A DNA stretch of 44,730 bases from a virus (lineage: Duplodnaviria > Caudoviricetes). The position numbers were made by a program, and so were the translations under genes. The notes beneath the pieces were generated by a model, which ran no database searches, was not told the origin of the DNA, and was given only the letters and a program-made list of their open reading frames with translations. The stretch lies in the IMG/VR virus record IMGVR_UViG_3300036815_000121, positions 1 to 44,730 of that record; one strand, written 5' to 3'. Positions 16,014-26,512 of the stretch are shown here, one piece after another; position 1 is the stretch's first letter; the number at the start of each line of letters is the position of its first letter.

Positions 16014-19000
16014 CTAAGCAATGTTTGTGATGATTCCGTTTACTACGGTCACCGTACTGGTGGAAGTGATAGTGCCGCTGGCTCCGGCTACACCCCCCAC
16101 ACTGTAGGCGGTGCCGTCGATTAAGCCCGCTGCGGTGATCCGGGCGGGTGCGCCCACTCCTGCCGCAACGTTATTGCCGCTGAGGGGCGTACTGAAAAAC
16201 ATGTCGCCGTTGGTGTTGGTGTTCCATACCAATGCCACGCGTGTGATGTCATACAGCGCAAACACTCCGGGGAGTCCTGCGCCAATACTCGAACCCCATA
16301 CAACCATCTGGTAGTCATGTGATCCTGCGCCGGTCCATTGTAGTTGGCAGGCATTGCCGGGGTCGTTGTTGGTCAGGTAGAGACCGTTGCTGGAAATAGT
16401 CGCCATAGTAGAGAGCGGCTGGCCATACGGCGCGCAGCGAAATACATGCTTTCCGTTGCTGGAAGGGTCGCCTATGGTGTCGTAGTAGATGTTACTGTCG
16501 CCCGCCCCGAAGTACCCGGCGATGCGTTGGGCCACTCCGCTGCCGCTGCCATCATCGGCGGTGAACACTAATTCGTGATAGTCATTGCTGCCTCGGAGGA
16601 GGATAGACCCATGCAACTTATTCACAAAAGATGCGCTTCCGTTAGCTGACAGATTGCCTCCAGTGGAGAGGTCTCCTGCCGCCCGGACAGCCCCGGCGAA
16701 TTGCCATTCGTTGGGGGTTGGGTCATAGATTATCTTGCCGCCAACGGTGTAGTTGATGGTGATGAGAGTAATTGGCTTGCTCGCATTTCCCCCCGGACCG
16801 CCAATGAAGAGAACGTTGCCGCTGTCCGGTGCTCGCTCAAAGTTAAAAAGGTCGCCAAAAAGCCCCACCACGGTGAACAGAGGTGGGCAGTAAAGAGGCC
16901 CGCCTGCGCCCGTATAAATGGAGGTGGGGTTGTTGTTCCTGATGGCGATGGCTTGAACGCCTCCCCCGGAAAACCCTGCGCCATCAAGTAGCAGAGCTAT
17001 TCCTGTCGAACCATAGGAACTGTGTGACGGACTATGCTGTATTTTTTGCAGCAAAATGCCGTTGCCTCCGCCGATGGGGTAGTGCGGATTTTCAACTACA
17101 TCGCCTGCTGCCCACGCTACCCGGTTTTGCTCTAGCGTAGGGGCGTATGCGGTGGTGGTGTTCTTTACAATTTCCGCGCCGGGATAAAGATGGAAACCAG
17201 TATTCGCTCCGCTCGTGCTTGCCGCTTCCGATCCCGGAAGGGTATGGCCTGAGAGTAAGCCCGCCACATTGACTCCATAAATCAAATCGCTGCCGGTGAG
17301 AGACCCAAAAGCATAGTAGGTTGAACGCATCCCTGCGCCGGTGGTCGGTATATTCAGGTTCGCATCGAAGCTGAGGTATTGACCTTGAATGCCTCCGCAG
17401 AAAAGATACCCGCCAGCGTCATTCGGATTGCGGAGCATGAGGGTCACCGACTGTTGATTGCCTCCGGTCACGGCTCCGGCTGCGGTCACTTTGGTTTGTT
17501 CCGGGTAGTAGTTTCCTGCAAGGGTGAGGACATCGCCAACGGCAAAGGCGGGAGAAAGTGTGGAGCCGATGTTAAGCAGAGTGACGGTCACCGCAACCGC
17601 GACGGGGGAATCTGCGGTTGTTCCGGGGTCGGCAATGCCCGCATTGAGTTGAGCGTACTTTGTGGTAAGTGGCAACGTCACATTGACCGGAAGAGCATTT
17701 AAAAATGATCCACTGATAGGGGTGCTGGGTCCGGTCATGTTTCCGGCGATGGTTCCTTTGCTGATGTTCAACAGAAAGGCTCCGTCCGTTGTCCATCCGC
17801 TGCCGGAGGTGTAAGTCAGTACCGGAGCCTGATCGCCTGTGCCGGTGGTGGACGCGATAGTTCCATGAAAATAGCCTGCTGGTTCGATCACATGCATGGT
17901 CAACCCTGAGACTCCTTCATCTGATCCTGCGGCCACTCCTCCATCGGAATAGACATCGCTATTGATTCCGCAACAGTCGCCAATTGCCTGCTTCCACATT
18001 CCCACTCCTTTGCTCTGGGTGATACCGCGTCGGGCTGAAGTAAGATTTGCGGCTTCGCCGTGGGCAACCGACCATCCCCCGGAGCTTCCAAAGTTCCAGC
18101 CAGGGCCAACGATGGTTAAGGTGTTTTCGGCGTGCCAATAATCGACAATTGAGCCTCGACTACCTGCCGGTGACACTAAGCTTGTTTTGTTGGTGAATCT
18201 GGCCGTGGTCAACATATCCGGCACGGTGAGGGTGGTTTGGGTTGCGCTGTCGGTGGTAATCAGGGACGGCGACAACATTTGCCCTGCTGCGCCATAGAAA
18301 GACATCTGTCCGGTGGTGCCGGGGTTCACTCCACCTCCGCCCGAAGGCGTATTGGCGAAGGTGCGGACGGGGGAACCTTGCGAAGTCAGAACGCCAGTGA
18401 CATCGACGGCGGGCGTGATGGTGACTTTGCTAATGGTGCTGCCGCTGCGTAGGGCTTGCATCCAGACGTTATCTGTTCCTGAATCCATCTCGGCAGAGAA
18501 GATAAGCCTGTCGGTGAGCGCGGCCATGACCCACATGCGCTGATCGGTGGGAGCGCCCGCGTTGATAAGCGTCATCGCCGGGGTTACGTCGTCGTAGCCT
18601 GTACCAATCGAAGCATTGGAAGCATTGAGGTCGGGCAGGACGAAGCCATAAGCTCTCGCGAGACCCCCTGTTTTCAGTGTGCTCGGCACGTCCAGCGTGG
18701 ATTGCGTATCGGCATCGGTGGTGATGTGGGATGGCGATACCAGCGCCCCATCGACTGGGTAAAAGGGCAGGGTTGCGGTGGTGCCGGGGTTCACCGTGCC
18801 GCTGCCGCCAGTACCACCACCACCACTATCCGGGGTGTTGGCGAAGGTGCGGACGGGGGAGCCTTGTGACGTCAGCACTCCGGTTACATCGACTGGAGCA
18901 TAGAGGCTGATCTTGGTAATGGTGGTGCCGCTGCGCAACACTTGCATCCACCACGTATCGTTGCCGGTATCGCTGGCGGCGGCGAAGATGAATCTATCGG

Positions 19001-19457
19001 TAAGCGCGGCCTCAATCCATTGTCGTCCATCGACCGCGGCGGCGGCGTTAACGAACACTGCTACTGGGATGGTGGTGTTTTGGCCGGTCCCAATCGAAGT
19101 ATACGAAGCGGTCATATCGGGTACGGTGAAGCCGTAGGCTCGCAACGTGCCGCCTATTTGTGCGTCTGCCAGTTGCATAAAGACGGCGGGCTGAAACGCG
19201 CCTCCGGTCCATTCCCAGTTTTGCATCTTCGAATCCCGTTGATCGGAGATGTAGGTGGAGAAAGAGCCATTCACCAGTGCCGAAATATCTTCGCTGCCGG
19301 GGTAGCCGTGCAGGATGACAATTTCCCCCACTCCCGCGTTGTATCGCTGTACATAGTCAACGGCTCCTTGAATGCTGCCGAAGCCATCGCCGCCAACATA
19401 GATCACGTCATTGATTTGCCCGATTCCGATAGGGCCTAGCTTGGTCGCTGTCGCCAT
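16014..19457 (-). CDS. Tail fibre / tailspike-like protein
   Basis: 1147 aa, G/T/S-rich, internal duplication, at the end of the virion operon. Confidence 0.75.
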   Translation of the reverse strand: MATATKLGPIGIGQINDVIYVGGDGFGSIQGAVDYVQRYNAGVGEIVILHGYPGSEDISALVNGSFSTYISDQRDSKMQNWEWTGGAFQPAVFMQLADAQIGGTLRAYGFTVPDMTASYTSIGTGQNTTIPVAVFVNAAAAVDGRQWIEAALTDRFIFAAASDTGNDTWWMQVLRSGTTITKISLYAPVDVTGVLTSQGSPVRTFANTPDSGGGGTGGSGTVNPGTTATLPFYPVDGALVSPSHITTDADTQSTLDVPSTLKTGGLARAYGFVLPDLNASNASIGTGYDDVTPAMTLINAGAPTDQRMWVMAALTDRLIFSAEMDSGTDNVWMQALRSGSTISKVTITPAVDVTGVLTSQGSPVRTFANTPSGGGGVNPGTTGQMSFYGAAGQMLSPSLITTDSATQTTLTVPDMLTTARFTNKTSLVSPAGSRGSIVDYWHAENTLTIVGPGWNFGSSGGWSVAHGEAANLTSARRGITQSKGVGMWKQAIGDCCGINSDVYSDGGVAAGSDEGVSGLTMHVIEPAGYFHGTIASTTGTGDQAPVLTYTSGSGWTTDGAFLLNISKGTIAGNMTGPSTPISGSFLNALPVNVTLPLTTKYAQLNAGIADPGTTADSPVAVAVTVTLLNIGSTLSPAFAVGDVLTLAGNYYPEQTKVTAAGAVTGGNQQSVTLMLRNPNDAGGYLFCGGIQGQYLSFDANLNIPTTGAGMRSTYYAFGSLTGSDLIYGVNVAGLLSGHTLPGSEAASTSGANTGFHLYPGAEIVKNTTTAYAPTLEQNRVAWAAGDVVENPHYPIGGGNGILLQKIQHSPSHSSYGSTGIALLLDGAGFSGGGVQAIAIRNNNPTSIYTGAGGPLYCPPLFTVVGLFGDLFNFERAPDSGNVLFIGGPGGNASKPITLITINYTVGGKIIYDPTPNEWQFAGAVRAAGDLSTGGNLSANGSASFVNKLHGSILLRGSNDYHELVFTADDGSGSGVAQRIAGYFGAGDSNIYYDTIGDPSSNGKHVFRCAPYGQPLSTMATISSNGLYLTNNDPGNACQLQWTGAGSHDYQMVVWGSSIGAGLPGVFALYDITRVALVWNTNTNGDMFFSTPLSGNNVAAGVGAPARITAAGLIDGTAYSVGGVAGASGTITSTSTVTVVNGIITNIA

Positions 19458-19469
19458 GACTTCGCTCCT

Positions 19470-19766
19470 TTAAGTTCCCGGCATAGTGGCGTCCAAGTAC
19501 CCGCCATTTCCCACAAAATTGTGCACACTGGTTTGTCCGGGGGCGCGGCCTACGTCGCTCGCATTGCGACAAACAGACGGCCAAAAAAAGCTATGGCCTC
19601 CGCGTCCGTCCTGATGAAAGATGAAGGTATAGAGCACTCCCGGCACAATGTTCTTCACCTTCGCGGTGGAGACGTTATTGTGCAGGTTGACGATGAAACA
19701 CTCCGCCAAGGTGCCATCGAAGACCATGGGGGATGCCGAACTGTAAAGCATATAGAGTCGTCTCAT
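19470..19766 (-). CDS. Virion-associated protein, paralog of the neighbour's C-terminal domain
   Basis: MVFDG...VPGVLYTFIFHQD..G...FFWP shared with 19766-20425. Confidence 0.7.
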   Translation of the reverse strand: MRRLYMLYSSASPMVFDGTLAECFIVNLHNNVSTAKVKNIVPGVLYTFIFHQDGRGGHSFFWPSVCRNASDVGRAPGQTSVHNFVGNGGYLDATMPGT

Positions 19767-20425
19767 TATGAGTACGTTCCTGCGCTGATCGCGTACAGTG
19801 ATCCGTCATAATCGGCAACAAAGGTTTGAATGGTGAAGGCGTTCACACCCTGCCTAATCAGGGTCTGGTTGTGTACTCCGTTCGGCCACGTGAACTCCCA
19901 AAATCCGATTTCGTCTTGAACGATGATGAAGGTGTAGAGGTTGCCCGGAACCATGCCGGTGATGGTGGGGTGGGCTACATCGCTGTGAAGCACGGTCTTA
20001 AGCGTGGTGTAGCTGCTGCCGTCGAAAACCATAGTGTCTGAGGCTGGCAGCAACAGAAGCTCGTTGACGATGAGCGGCGGAAGCGGCATCAGCGGCAACG
20101 CGGGGTCGAAGGGCGGCGTGTCGCCTAGGTTGTAAGTGTTGCTACCAAGGAACACATAGGCATTGACTTGGACTACATCTCCGTTGTCGTCCTTCACGGT
20201 CACGGTGTAATAGGTTCCTGCGGGCTGAATCTGATCATTGCCGGTCAGGGTGACGCTGAAGTTCCCGTTTTCGTCCGCATCAATTTCAAGGGTGGTAGCT
20301 CGGGCTAGCAGTTGCGTGGTAGCGCGGGGAAGCTGCCCGCCGTATCCGCAGAGCGCAATAACTACACTGCCGCTCTCGGCCTCGTTGTTGAGAATGGTTG
20401 CGAGTTTTCCGATGACGGTTGCCAT
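19766..20425 (-). CDS. Putative tail-associated protein
   Basis: Ig-like N-terminus (ADENGNFSVTL..ND.I.PAGTYYTV) plus the shared C-terminal domain. Confidence 0.7.
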   Translation of the reverse strand: MATVIGKLATILNNEAESGSVVIALCGYGGQLPRATTQLLARATTLEIDADENGNFSVTLTGNDQIQPAGTYYTVTVKDDNGDVVQVNAYVFLGSNTYNLGDTPPFDPALPLMPLPPLIVNELLLLPASDTMVFDGSSYTTLKTVLHSDVAHPTITGMVPGNLYTFIIVQDEIGFWEFTWPNGVHNQTLIRQGVNAFTIQTFVADYDGSLYAISAGTYS

Positions 20426-20432
20426 ACTTGCC

Positions 20433-20864
20433 TCACGCGAAGAAAGTTAGCGGGCCTACGGTAGCGATGCGCGGATGTCTGTCTATCTGATCGGTGACGT
20501 TGGCGCAAAACCAGTCGCGCCTCGGATGGCTGAGGTCGGCGTAGTACAGCGCGGTCAGGGTTCCTCGGTCGTCGGTCACGTTTACGTTGCTGTCGTCGGC
20601 GGTGCCAAGATACACATCGTCAATCAAGGTGAGCATCCGGCGAAAGGTGAGGTCTTTCGGGTCTACCGGCCCTAAGTTCTCCCACACCGTTCCGGTGTAG
20701 TTATGCGCGGTGTCCAGTACACTCTTCCATTCTCCCCATCCCGCATTGACGCGATTGGCGATCACCTGGGCGACTGCCAACATGCAGTCGGTTCCGCCAT
20801 AGTGGTACGCCTCGTGGACGGCATACTCTACCAGTCGCGCCTTGATGTAGTTTTCGTAGGTCAT
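20433..20864 (-). CDS. SleB-like cell wall hydrolase (candidate lysin)
   Basis: HEA......MLAVAQVIANRV, ALYY and C-terminal VGPLTFF resemble Hydrolase_2; start reassigned to MTYENY. Confidence 0.65.
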   Translation of the reverse strand: MTYENYIKARLVEYAVHEAYHYGGTDCMLAVAQVIANRVNAGWGEWKSVLDTAHNYTGTVWENLGPVDPKDLTFRRMLTLIDDVYLGTADDSNVNVTDDRGTLTALYYADLSHPRRDWFCANVTDQIDRHPRIATVGPLTFFA

Positions 20865-21568
20865 CGCGGCTGTCCCTTGGTCCTGCGAAAGTCGGCTAGC
20901 TGTTCTAGGTAGAGTTCGCTGGCGGCGTTCTCGATCACTGGTCCGAAGGCGCGGTCTACTTCCGCCTCCGTGACAACCTCTTCCTGAATCATCCGTAACA
21001 GGGCGGTGCGCCATCCGCGATACCGTTCATACTTGGGAACGTCGAACTGATCGAACTGCATCAGGCTCCACTCCGGCCCCTTGGGATATTGCAGATAGGT
21101 GATGTACTGCGCGGTGCGTCTGCCGTTGCGCCACACCCATCCGGTAATCCCGATGCGGTCTTTGATAACTACATCGTGTAACCAGAACCGGGCGGTAGAG
21201 CGGGTGCGCTGTACCGGGATGAGGATGCCGGTCTTGGGGTCGTTGTCCCACACCCAATCAATCGCGGCCTCGATGCTGCAATCCACTCCGGCGTCTTGCA
21301 GCTTTTGAAAGACGGCATGGGGATGGAGGATGTTGACGAGACGCATCTCTTCATTCTCCCGGCCCATCCATCGCTCCTGCCCCTGCCAGCGGTATTGATC
21401 GCGGGCGCGATAGTTTGCCTCGAACAACTTTTGTTCCTCTTCCATGAGTTCGGCGCTGCTGGTGTCGGTGTAGGGTAGCGGCTCTGCGACTACCGGAGTC
21501 GGAAGCTCCTCGTCATAACTACACTCCACCCGCTTAAGATTGGATCGGATTTCCCCGGCTTCTGGCAT
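20861..21568 (-). CDS. Hypothetical protein
   Basis: 235-aa ORF with GGGAG RBS. Confidence 0.75.
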   Translation of the reverse strand: MPEAGEIRSNLKRVECSYDEELPTPVVAEPLPYTDTSSAELMEEEQKLFEANYRARDQYRWQGQERWMGRENEEMRLVNILHPHAVFQKLQDAGVDCSIEAAIDWVWDNDPKTGILIPVQRTRSTARFWLHDVVIKDRIGITGWVWRNGRRTAQYITYLQYPKGPEWSLMQFDQFDVPKYERYRGWRTALLRMIQEEVVTEAEVDRAFGPVIENAASELYLEQLADFRRTKGQPR

Positions 21569-21581
21569 TTACTTGACTCCC

Positions 21582-23882
21582 CTATTGCGGCTGCTTTCGG
21601 TTTTGTGCGGTTTGCAGGATGCGCGAAGCCAGCAACGGCCCCGCGATGCGCGGCGCAACTTTGTTGTTAGTGGCGTAGATGAAACTCTTGGCAAAGTTCG
21701 GGTCGGTGGCTATTCGGTCGGTGATGTATTGCAGGGTTCCGCTCACGGTTCCGGCTGCTGCCGCTCCCCCCAGTACCCCGGCTCCGGCTCCGATGGAATG
21801 GGTAAGCCCGTAAGCCAGCCCGCCTCCGGCGAGTCCTCCAATACCCCAATGGTGGCGGCGGATGGCGCTGCCGATGGAATCGAGTAGGCTTTTCGCGGTA
21901 TCTCTGCGTTCGCTGTTCTCGAACAGTTGGCCAAGCTCTTTAAGATCCATCATGTGGTCCTTGCCGATGGTTCTTTCCAGCACTTGGCGATTGCTGCCCT
22001 TGTTGTAAAAGTCCTCTAGCTGCTGGTTAAGTCCTGCGCCGGGTTTGAAGACTCGTTGCAGTTGGCCGGGTCGCGCTGCGGCTTCGCCGCGTGTAATGCC
22101 GTTGAATTGCCGCTCCACAAGGTTATGCAGATTGGAAAGTACGATGCCATCCTGATACCCGCTGCGGTGGGTCTCCCATTCCTGCGGGGATAGCTGGGTG
22201 CGATAGCGGTCGAAAAAATCCATCTGCTTTTGCTGATTGTCGGCAAGCTGTTGTTGTATGTCTTCGAGGTTGCCGGTCGGGTTCGGCCCATAGATTTTCT
22301 TCTCTAAAAACTTCTCCTGTTCGCGTAACTGCGTCCACTCCCCTCCGCTCAATTGGTCGGCCTTCTGCCAGAAGGGGGCGTGTGCGTCTTTGAGTTGTTG
22401 CGCGGCGTCGGCAAGGCTATCCGTACTGCGCACGGCGGAGACTACATCATGCATGGGGAAGTTGGGTTGACTGGCGGCGTGGTTGTCGTAGCGGCGTAGT
22501 TGCTCGGAGAGGTCGGCGTGAGCGTCTAGGAGTTGTTGATGTTGGCGTACTCCCATCTCGCTAAGGCTGTCCTCGTCATTGAGGATGCGGTTGTACTGTG
22601 CCAGTTGCGCTCTCGCCTTCTCCACGCTCGATGCCTGACCGTCGTTGGTTAGGATCATCGGGCCTCCGCCTGTGGTCGGGGTGTCAGTAACTACATCGGC
22701 CTCCTGTCCGGGCTTAACGGCGTTGCGGTACTGGTAGATGGGTTCGCGGTGGCTTCCCCGTTGCGTGAGGTCGCCTTCTCCGGTTGGCGTCGGCGGCTGT
22801 CCTTCGTATCGCGCAAGGTCAAATTGTCCTGGCCCCTTGCCTTCGACTACGCGGGTGCCTATCTGCTGTTTGCCGGGGTCGAACGCGATGCGTCCCTCCC
22901 CGGTCGGCGTCGGCTCCCCTGCGGTCTGCATCTCGAATCCTGCGCGTCCGGGTAGCAAGCGGGATGGGTCGCTCTCCGGGGTCACGACTTTAGGCCGCGC
23001 TGCGTTGGAGCGGTTGAGCGAGTTGGCGACTGCGGTCTTGCCGATGTTGCCGGTGGCTTCGTCGGTGGCGGCGGTGGCGGCGTCGGCGGTGCCGGGGGTC
23101 AACGGAGCCATGTTGAGTTGGCCGTTGGCTAGGGTGTCGAACTTGGCTCCGGCGATGGTGCGGGTTCCCGGTCGGGTCGCTTGCAGGGCTTCGCGGGTCT
23201 CGCGCACGGCGGAGGCTCCGCCTCCCATGGCTCCGCCGATAACGACTCCTGTCTTCCCTGCCTCTTTCGCTTGCTGCACGTCGCCAGTCTTGACTAGGGT
23301 TTGCTCTCCCTGTTCGAGACCGGCGCGGGTTCCGGCTTTTAGGCTGTCCAGTCCCACGCGAAAGACGCGGGCTAGTTTGCTGTCGCCTTGCAGGGTTTTG
23401 ATGAGCTTTCCGGCGCTGCTGAAACGGTCGGCTATGCCGGGGATTTCGCCCGCCAGTTTAGCCTCGTCCGCTTCGGGTAGAGCCATAAACTCCAGCACCG
23501 ACTCTGCAATGTCGCCCTCTTTCTGGTACGGGTCTTTGGAAGTGTCGGTGTTCTTGCGGAGCCATGTGGCGGCGGTATCGAAGGCTTGTTGCGTCCGTCC
23601 GGTCGGGCTGATGCGAACGGGCGGCGAGTAGGGGGTTTCTCCGCCAAGGTAGGCTCCGGCTGTGTCGATGAGTCCAGCGGCGGTTTTTTCCGCACCCTTC
23701 GCCATGCCCTGTATGTTCCCGATGGTCGGCGCGGCTTGGGTCTTGATCTGCTGCCACAAGGACGGGTGCTGCGCTTGGGCAGGGATAAAGTCGGGGTCGC
23801 TGGGCGGCTGCTGCTGGGTTGCAGCGGGGATAAAGTCGGGGTCGCTGGCGGCGGCTGCGTCGGGTTGTCCGTTCGGTGTCAT
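21582..23882 (-). CDS. Putative internal virion / ejection protein
   Basis: 766 aa, A/G/Q-rich helical, Gly-rich hydrophobic C-terminus; podovirus synteny. Confidence 0.6.
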   Translation of the reverse strand: MTPNGQPDAAAASDPDFIPAATQQQPPSDPDFIPAQAQHPSLWQQIKTQAAPTIGNIQGMAKGAEKTAAGLIDTAGAYLGGETPYSPPVRISPTGRTQQAFDTAATWLRKNTDTSKDPYQKEGDIAESVLEFMALPEADEAKLAGEIPGIADRFSSAGKLIKTLQGDSKLARVFRVGLDSLKAGTRAGLEQGEQTLVKTGDVQQAKEAGKTGVVIGGAMGGGASAVRETREALQATRPGTRTIAGAKFDTLANGQLNMAPLTPGTADAATAATDEATGNIGKTAVANSLNRSNAARPKVVTPESDPSRLLPGRAGFEMQTAGEPTPTGEGRIAFDPGKQQIGTRVVEGKGPGQFDLARYEGQPPTPTGEGDLTQRGSHREPIYQYRNAVKPGQEADVVTDTPTTGGGPMILTNDGQASSVEKARAQLAQYNRILNDEDSLSEMGVRQHQQLLDAHADLSEQLRRYDNHAASQPNFPMHDVVSAVRSTDSLADAAQQLKDAHAPFWQKADQLSGGEWTQLREQEKFLEKKIYGPNPTGNLEDIQQQLADNQQKQMDFFDRYRTQLSPQEWETHRSGYQDGIVLSNLHNLVERQFNGITRGEAAARPGQLQRVFKPGAGLNQQLEDFYNKGSNRQVLERTIGKDHMMDLKELGQLFENSERRDTAKSLLDSIGSAIRRHHWGIGGLAGGGLAYGLTHSIGAGAGVLGGAAAAGTVSGTLQYITDRIATDPNFAKSFIYATNNKVAPRIAGPLLASRILQTAQNRKQPQ

Positions 23883-25882
23883 TTATACCAACCCAATCCT
23901 TTCGCTCCCATCCCGTAGAAACGTCCCGGCTGGGTCGGTTCATTCGGGGGCGGGTTCATGGCTTTGAAGCTCGGTCCTGCGGTCGTCGGCGCTGTCGGTG
24001 CTCCCGGCGCTCGTGCGGCTTGATCGGTGTTCGGCGCGGCGGCGGCTGGCGCGGCGGCGGCTGCTGCTGGCGTTGCTTGCGTTGCCGTGCCGCCTACGTT
24101 CTTGATGCGGTTCTGCACATCGGCAATCTGCGCCTGATAAGACTGGGTGCGGTTATTCATATCAACGCGTAGTTCGCCCATCGAAGCCATCATTGCGGAG
24201 ATGGGGGCGTTGCCGTCGATGATGTCTTGCAGTTCATGGCGGGCGGAGTCGGTGAGGTTGCCGGTGCCGGTCGAGGAGTTGAGCACCTTTGCGGCCTCGG
24301 TCTGTACGGTTTGGAGGTCGGTCTTGAATCGGGCCATGGCATCGCTGCCGATGAGTTTGGCGCTGATCTGGCGGGCGGGGAGATTGGCAAAGCGGCTCCC
24401 CAAGTCGGGAATGTCCTTGAGGGTTTGCTGCAAGCGGTTCATGTTGGCCAATGCGGTATTCTCGAAAGCCTGTGTCTGCTGGTAGTTGGTCTGTAGTTTG
24501 TTGAGCGAATCGCTGTAGGCTTTGAGGTTGGCCTTATTCGCGGCGATGCCTTCGCCTCCGCCCTGTTTATCCAATTCGGCGGCTCTGGCGATGATGGCGG
24601 CGGAGGTCTGCGGACTACGGCTGAATCCTGCCGGTAGCTGGCCTGTCTTTCTGTAGTTATCTGCGGCCAAGTTCAACGCATCATCGTTGGCTGGCCCCGC
24701 TAGTTGATTGGTCATCACGGAGCGTCCTGCCGCTGCCTTGGACATCTCGTTAGCGAGTAGCTTGGTGCCTAGCTTGGTAAATTTCTCTTTCTCGCCGGGG
24801 TCGTTGGTCTGCGCGGCCATTCCGAAGGCTTTGCCCGATGTATCCATAACCTTCTCTTGGCCCGCCTTCTCCTGCGCGATTTTCGCGTCGAACGCCTGTT
24901 TTCTTACCTTGTCGTCCTCTATACCTTGTGCCATCTGCCGCATAAGGCGTCTCTCATTGGTCTCGCTCCCGGCTAGGCTGACGTGCGTCTCCTCAATGGT
25001 CTTGGTGGGGTCGTTGGGGTCTAAACGGGTGGCGGTCCAGTGATCGTCGTCGGTAGTCCGCTGCTTGGCGACATCGGCGGGGATGCGGTAGAAGTTCACA
25101 CCTCCTTTGCCGTCCGGTTCGTTGAACAGCATCTCGCCGTTTTGCCCCATGTGGGCCTGTACCGATTTCGGGTCGGACACACCAAACCGCATCAAAGTAT
25201 CGTGATCGGTGACGTTGGAGGCAACCGGGATGGCTCCCATGCTGTCTAGCTTTGTCCTATGGTCGAGAGCCAGGTCTGCCTGTCGTTGCAGGTCATCGCG
25301 GTAAAGATGGTCGTTATCCCATGCGCCTCTGACAACCTCTTGGTTGAGTCGCACGATGTTTGCGCCTCGCATCATGCGCTCTTGCTCGACCGATGCCTCC
25401 TTATTGGCTTCGTCTAGCCTTTGCTGCGGTTGCTGTAGGCCATATTGCGTACCTGCGGCGGCGGCGCGGGCTGGTCCTCCGGGGCCTTGGCCTACGGCTA
25501 AACCGTGGGCGGCTCCTCCCAGTGCGGCGGCGGCTACCCGGCCCCATTTCTCCCCCTCGGTGGAGGGGTCGTGAGTCACTTCCACACTGCCATCCGCCTT
25601 CTTGGTTACATGCAGGGTGGTATCCCCGCCAAGGATGTTGCCAACCGTGTCCATCACGTGCGCCAACCATGACTGGTGATGCGCTCCCGCAACCATCTCC
25701 GGGTCTTGGTAGGCGGGGGTGGTTTGCAGGGGGATTTGCTCGCTCAAAGGGTCGCCGGATTGGGTGCTAATCGGGGTCGGATTCGAGGCTATGGGCGGCA
25801 TCCCGGTATTCGGTATATCGCTGTCCGGTGTCATCAGCGGGGGGGCGGTCGGGGCTAATACATCGGCGGCGGTATCGGGCAT
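23879..25882 (-). CDS. Putative internal virion / ejection protein
   Basis: 667 aa, A/Q-rich helical; synteny. Confidence 0.6.
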   Translation of the reverse strand: MPDTAADVLAPTAPPLMTPDSDIPNTGMPPIASNPTPISTQSGDPLSEQIPLQTTPAYQDPEMVAGAHHQSWLAHVMDTVGNILGGDTTLHVTKKADGSVEVTHDPSTEGEKWGRVAAAALGGAAHGLAVGQGPGGPARAAAAGTQYGLQQPQQRLDEANKEASVEQERMMRGANIVRLNQEVVRGAWDNDHLYRDDLQRQADLALDHRTKLDSMGAIPVASNVTDHDTLMRFGVSDPKSVQAHMGQNGEMLFNEPDGKGGVNFYRIPADVAKQRTTDDDHWTATRLDPNDPTKTIEETHVSLAGSETNERRLMRQMAQGIEDDKVRKQAFDAKIAQEKAGQEKVMDTSGKAFGMAAQTNDPGEKEKFTKLGTKLLANEMSKAAAGRSVMTNQLAGPANDDALNLAADNYRKTGQLPAGFSRSPQTSAAIIARAAELDKQGGGEGIAANKANLKAYSDSLNKLQTNYQQTQAFENTALANMNRLQQTLKDIPDLGSRFANLPARQISAKLIGSDAMARFKTDLQTVQTEAAKVLNSSTGTGNLTDSARHELQDIIDGNAPISAMMASMGELRVDMNNRTQSYQAQIADVQNRIKNVGGTATQATPAAAAAAPAAAAPNTDQAARAPGAPTAPTTAGPSFKAMNPPPNEPTQPGRFYGMGAKGLGWYK

Positions 25883-25894
25883 AATTCCCTCCCC

Positions 25895-26512
25895 TTAGAA
25901 GTGCTTCGAAGCATATCCGCCAGCGGCCATCCCGCCGATGGAGCCAAGCGCACCAAAGGCGGCGTTCCACGGCGAGTTGGCGGCGTTGGCGATGTCGGTA
26001 GCGCCTTGCATGGCTTGGCCTCCGGCTCCGGTGGTCTGGGCGGCATAGCTGGTGGGGTTGATCAGCCCTGCGGTGGAGCCTAGAACGTTGGCCGCTGTAC
26101 CCCAGTTTTGATAGCCTTGCGCATAGTTCGCTTGGGTAATCGTGTTTTGGGCGGCGGAGCGTTGCTGGGCGGCTTGATTGACGTTCTGGGCGAGGATGTT
26201 GCTGCTGATGCTGGAGGGCAACAGGGTGTCGCCTCCGCCTCGCGCTGCCAGCACTTGGGCGGTGGCCTTTTGGGCTTGGGCATAGTTTTGGCCAATATTC
26301 TCATCCGCTTGGGTGCGCATCGCGTTTTCTTGCCCCGGCGCGAATCCGGTCTGACTCGGCCCCGCTTTGAGGATGGGCAGATAGGCGCTGGTCAAGGCTC
26401 CGGTGATCGCCTGTGACTGGCCAAAGATGGTCGAATACTGCTGTGTGAGCATCTTGTAAAATTCGTTCTGCTCATTGGAAACTTCGGTCTGCTGTTGTGT
26501 CGCACCGCACAT
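25895..26512 (-). CDS. Putative small ejection protein
   Basis: MCGA start, Q/A/N-rich, Gly-rich amphipathic C-terminus. Confidence 0.6.
   Translation of the reverse strand: MCGATQQQTEVSNEQNEFYKMLTQQYSTIFGQSQAITGALTSAYLPILKAGPSQTGFAPGQENAMRTQADENIGQNYAQAQKATAQVLAARGGGDTLLPSSISSNILAQNVNQAAQQRSAAQNTITQANYAQGYQNWGTAANVLGSTAGLINPTSYAAQTTGAGGQAMQGATDIANAANSPWNAAFGALGSIGGMAAGGYASKHF

Noticed and set aside
23782-23848. 22-bp direct repeat as a regulatory site
   Set aside because: Explained by the duplicated SDPDFIPA peptide at the protein N-terminus
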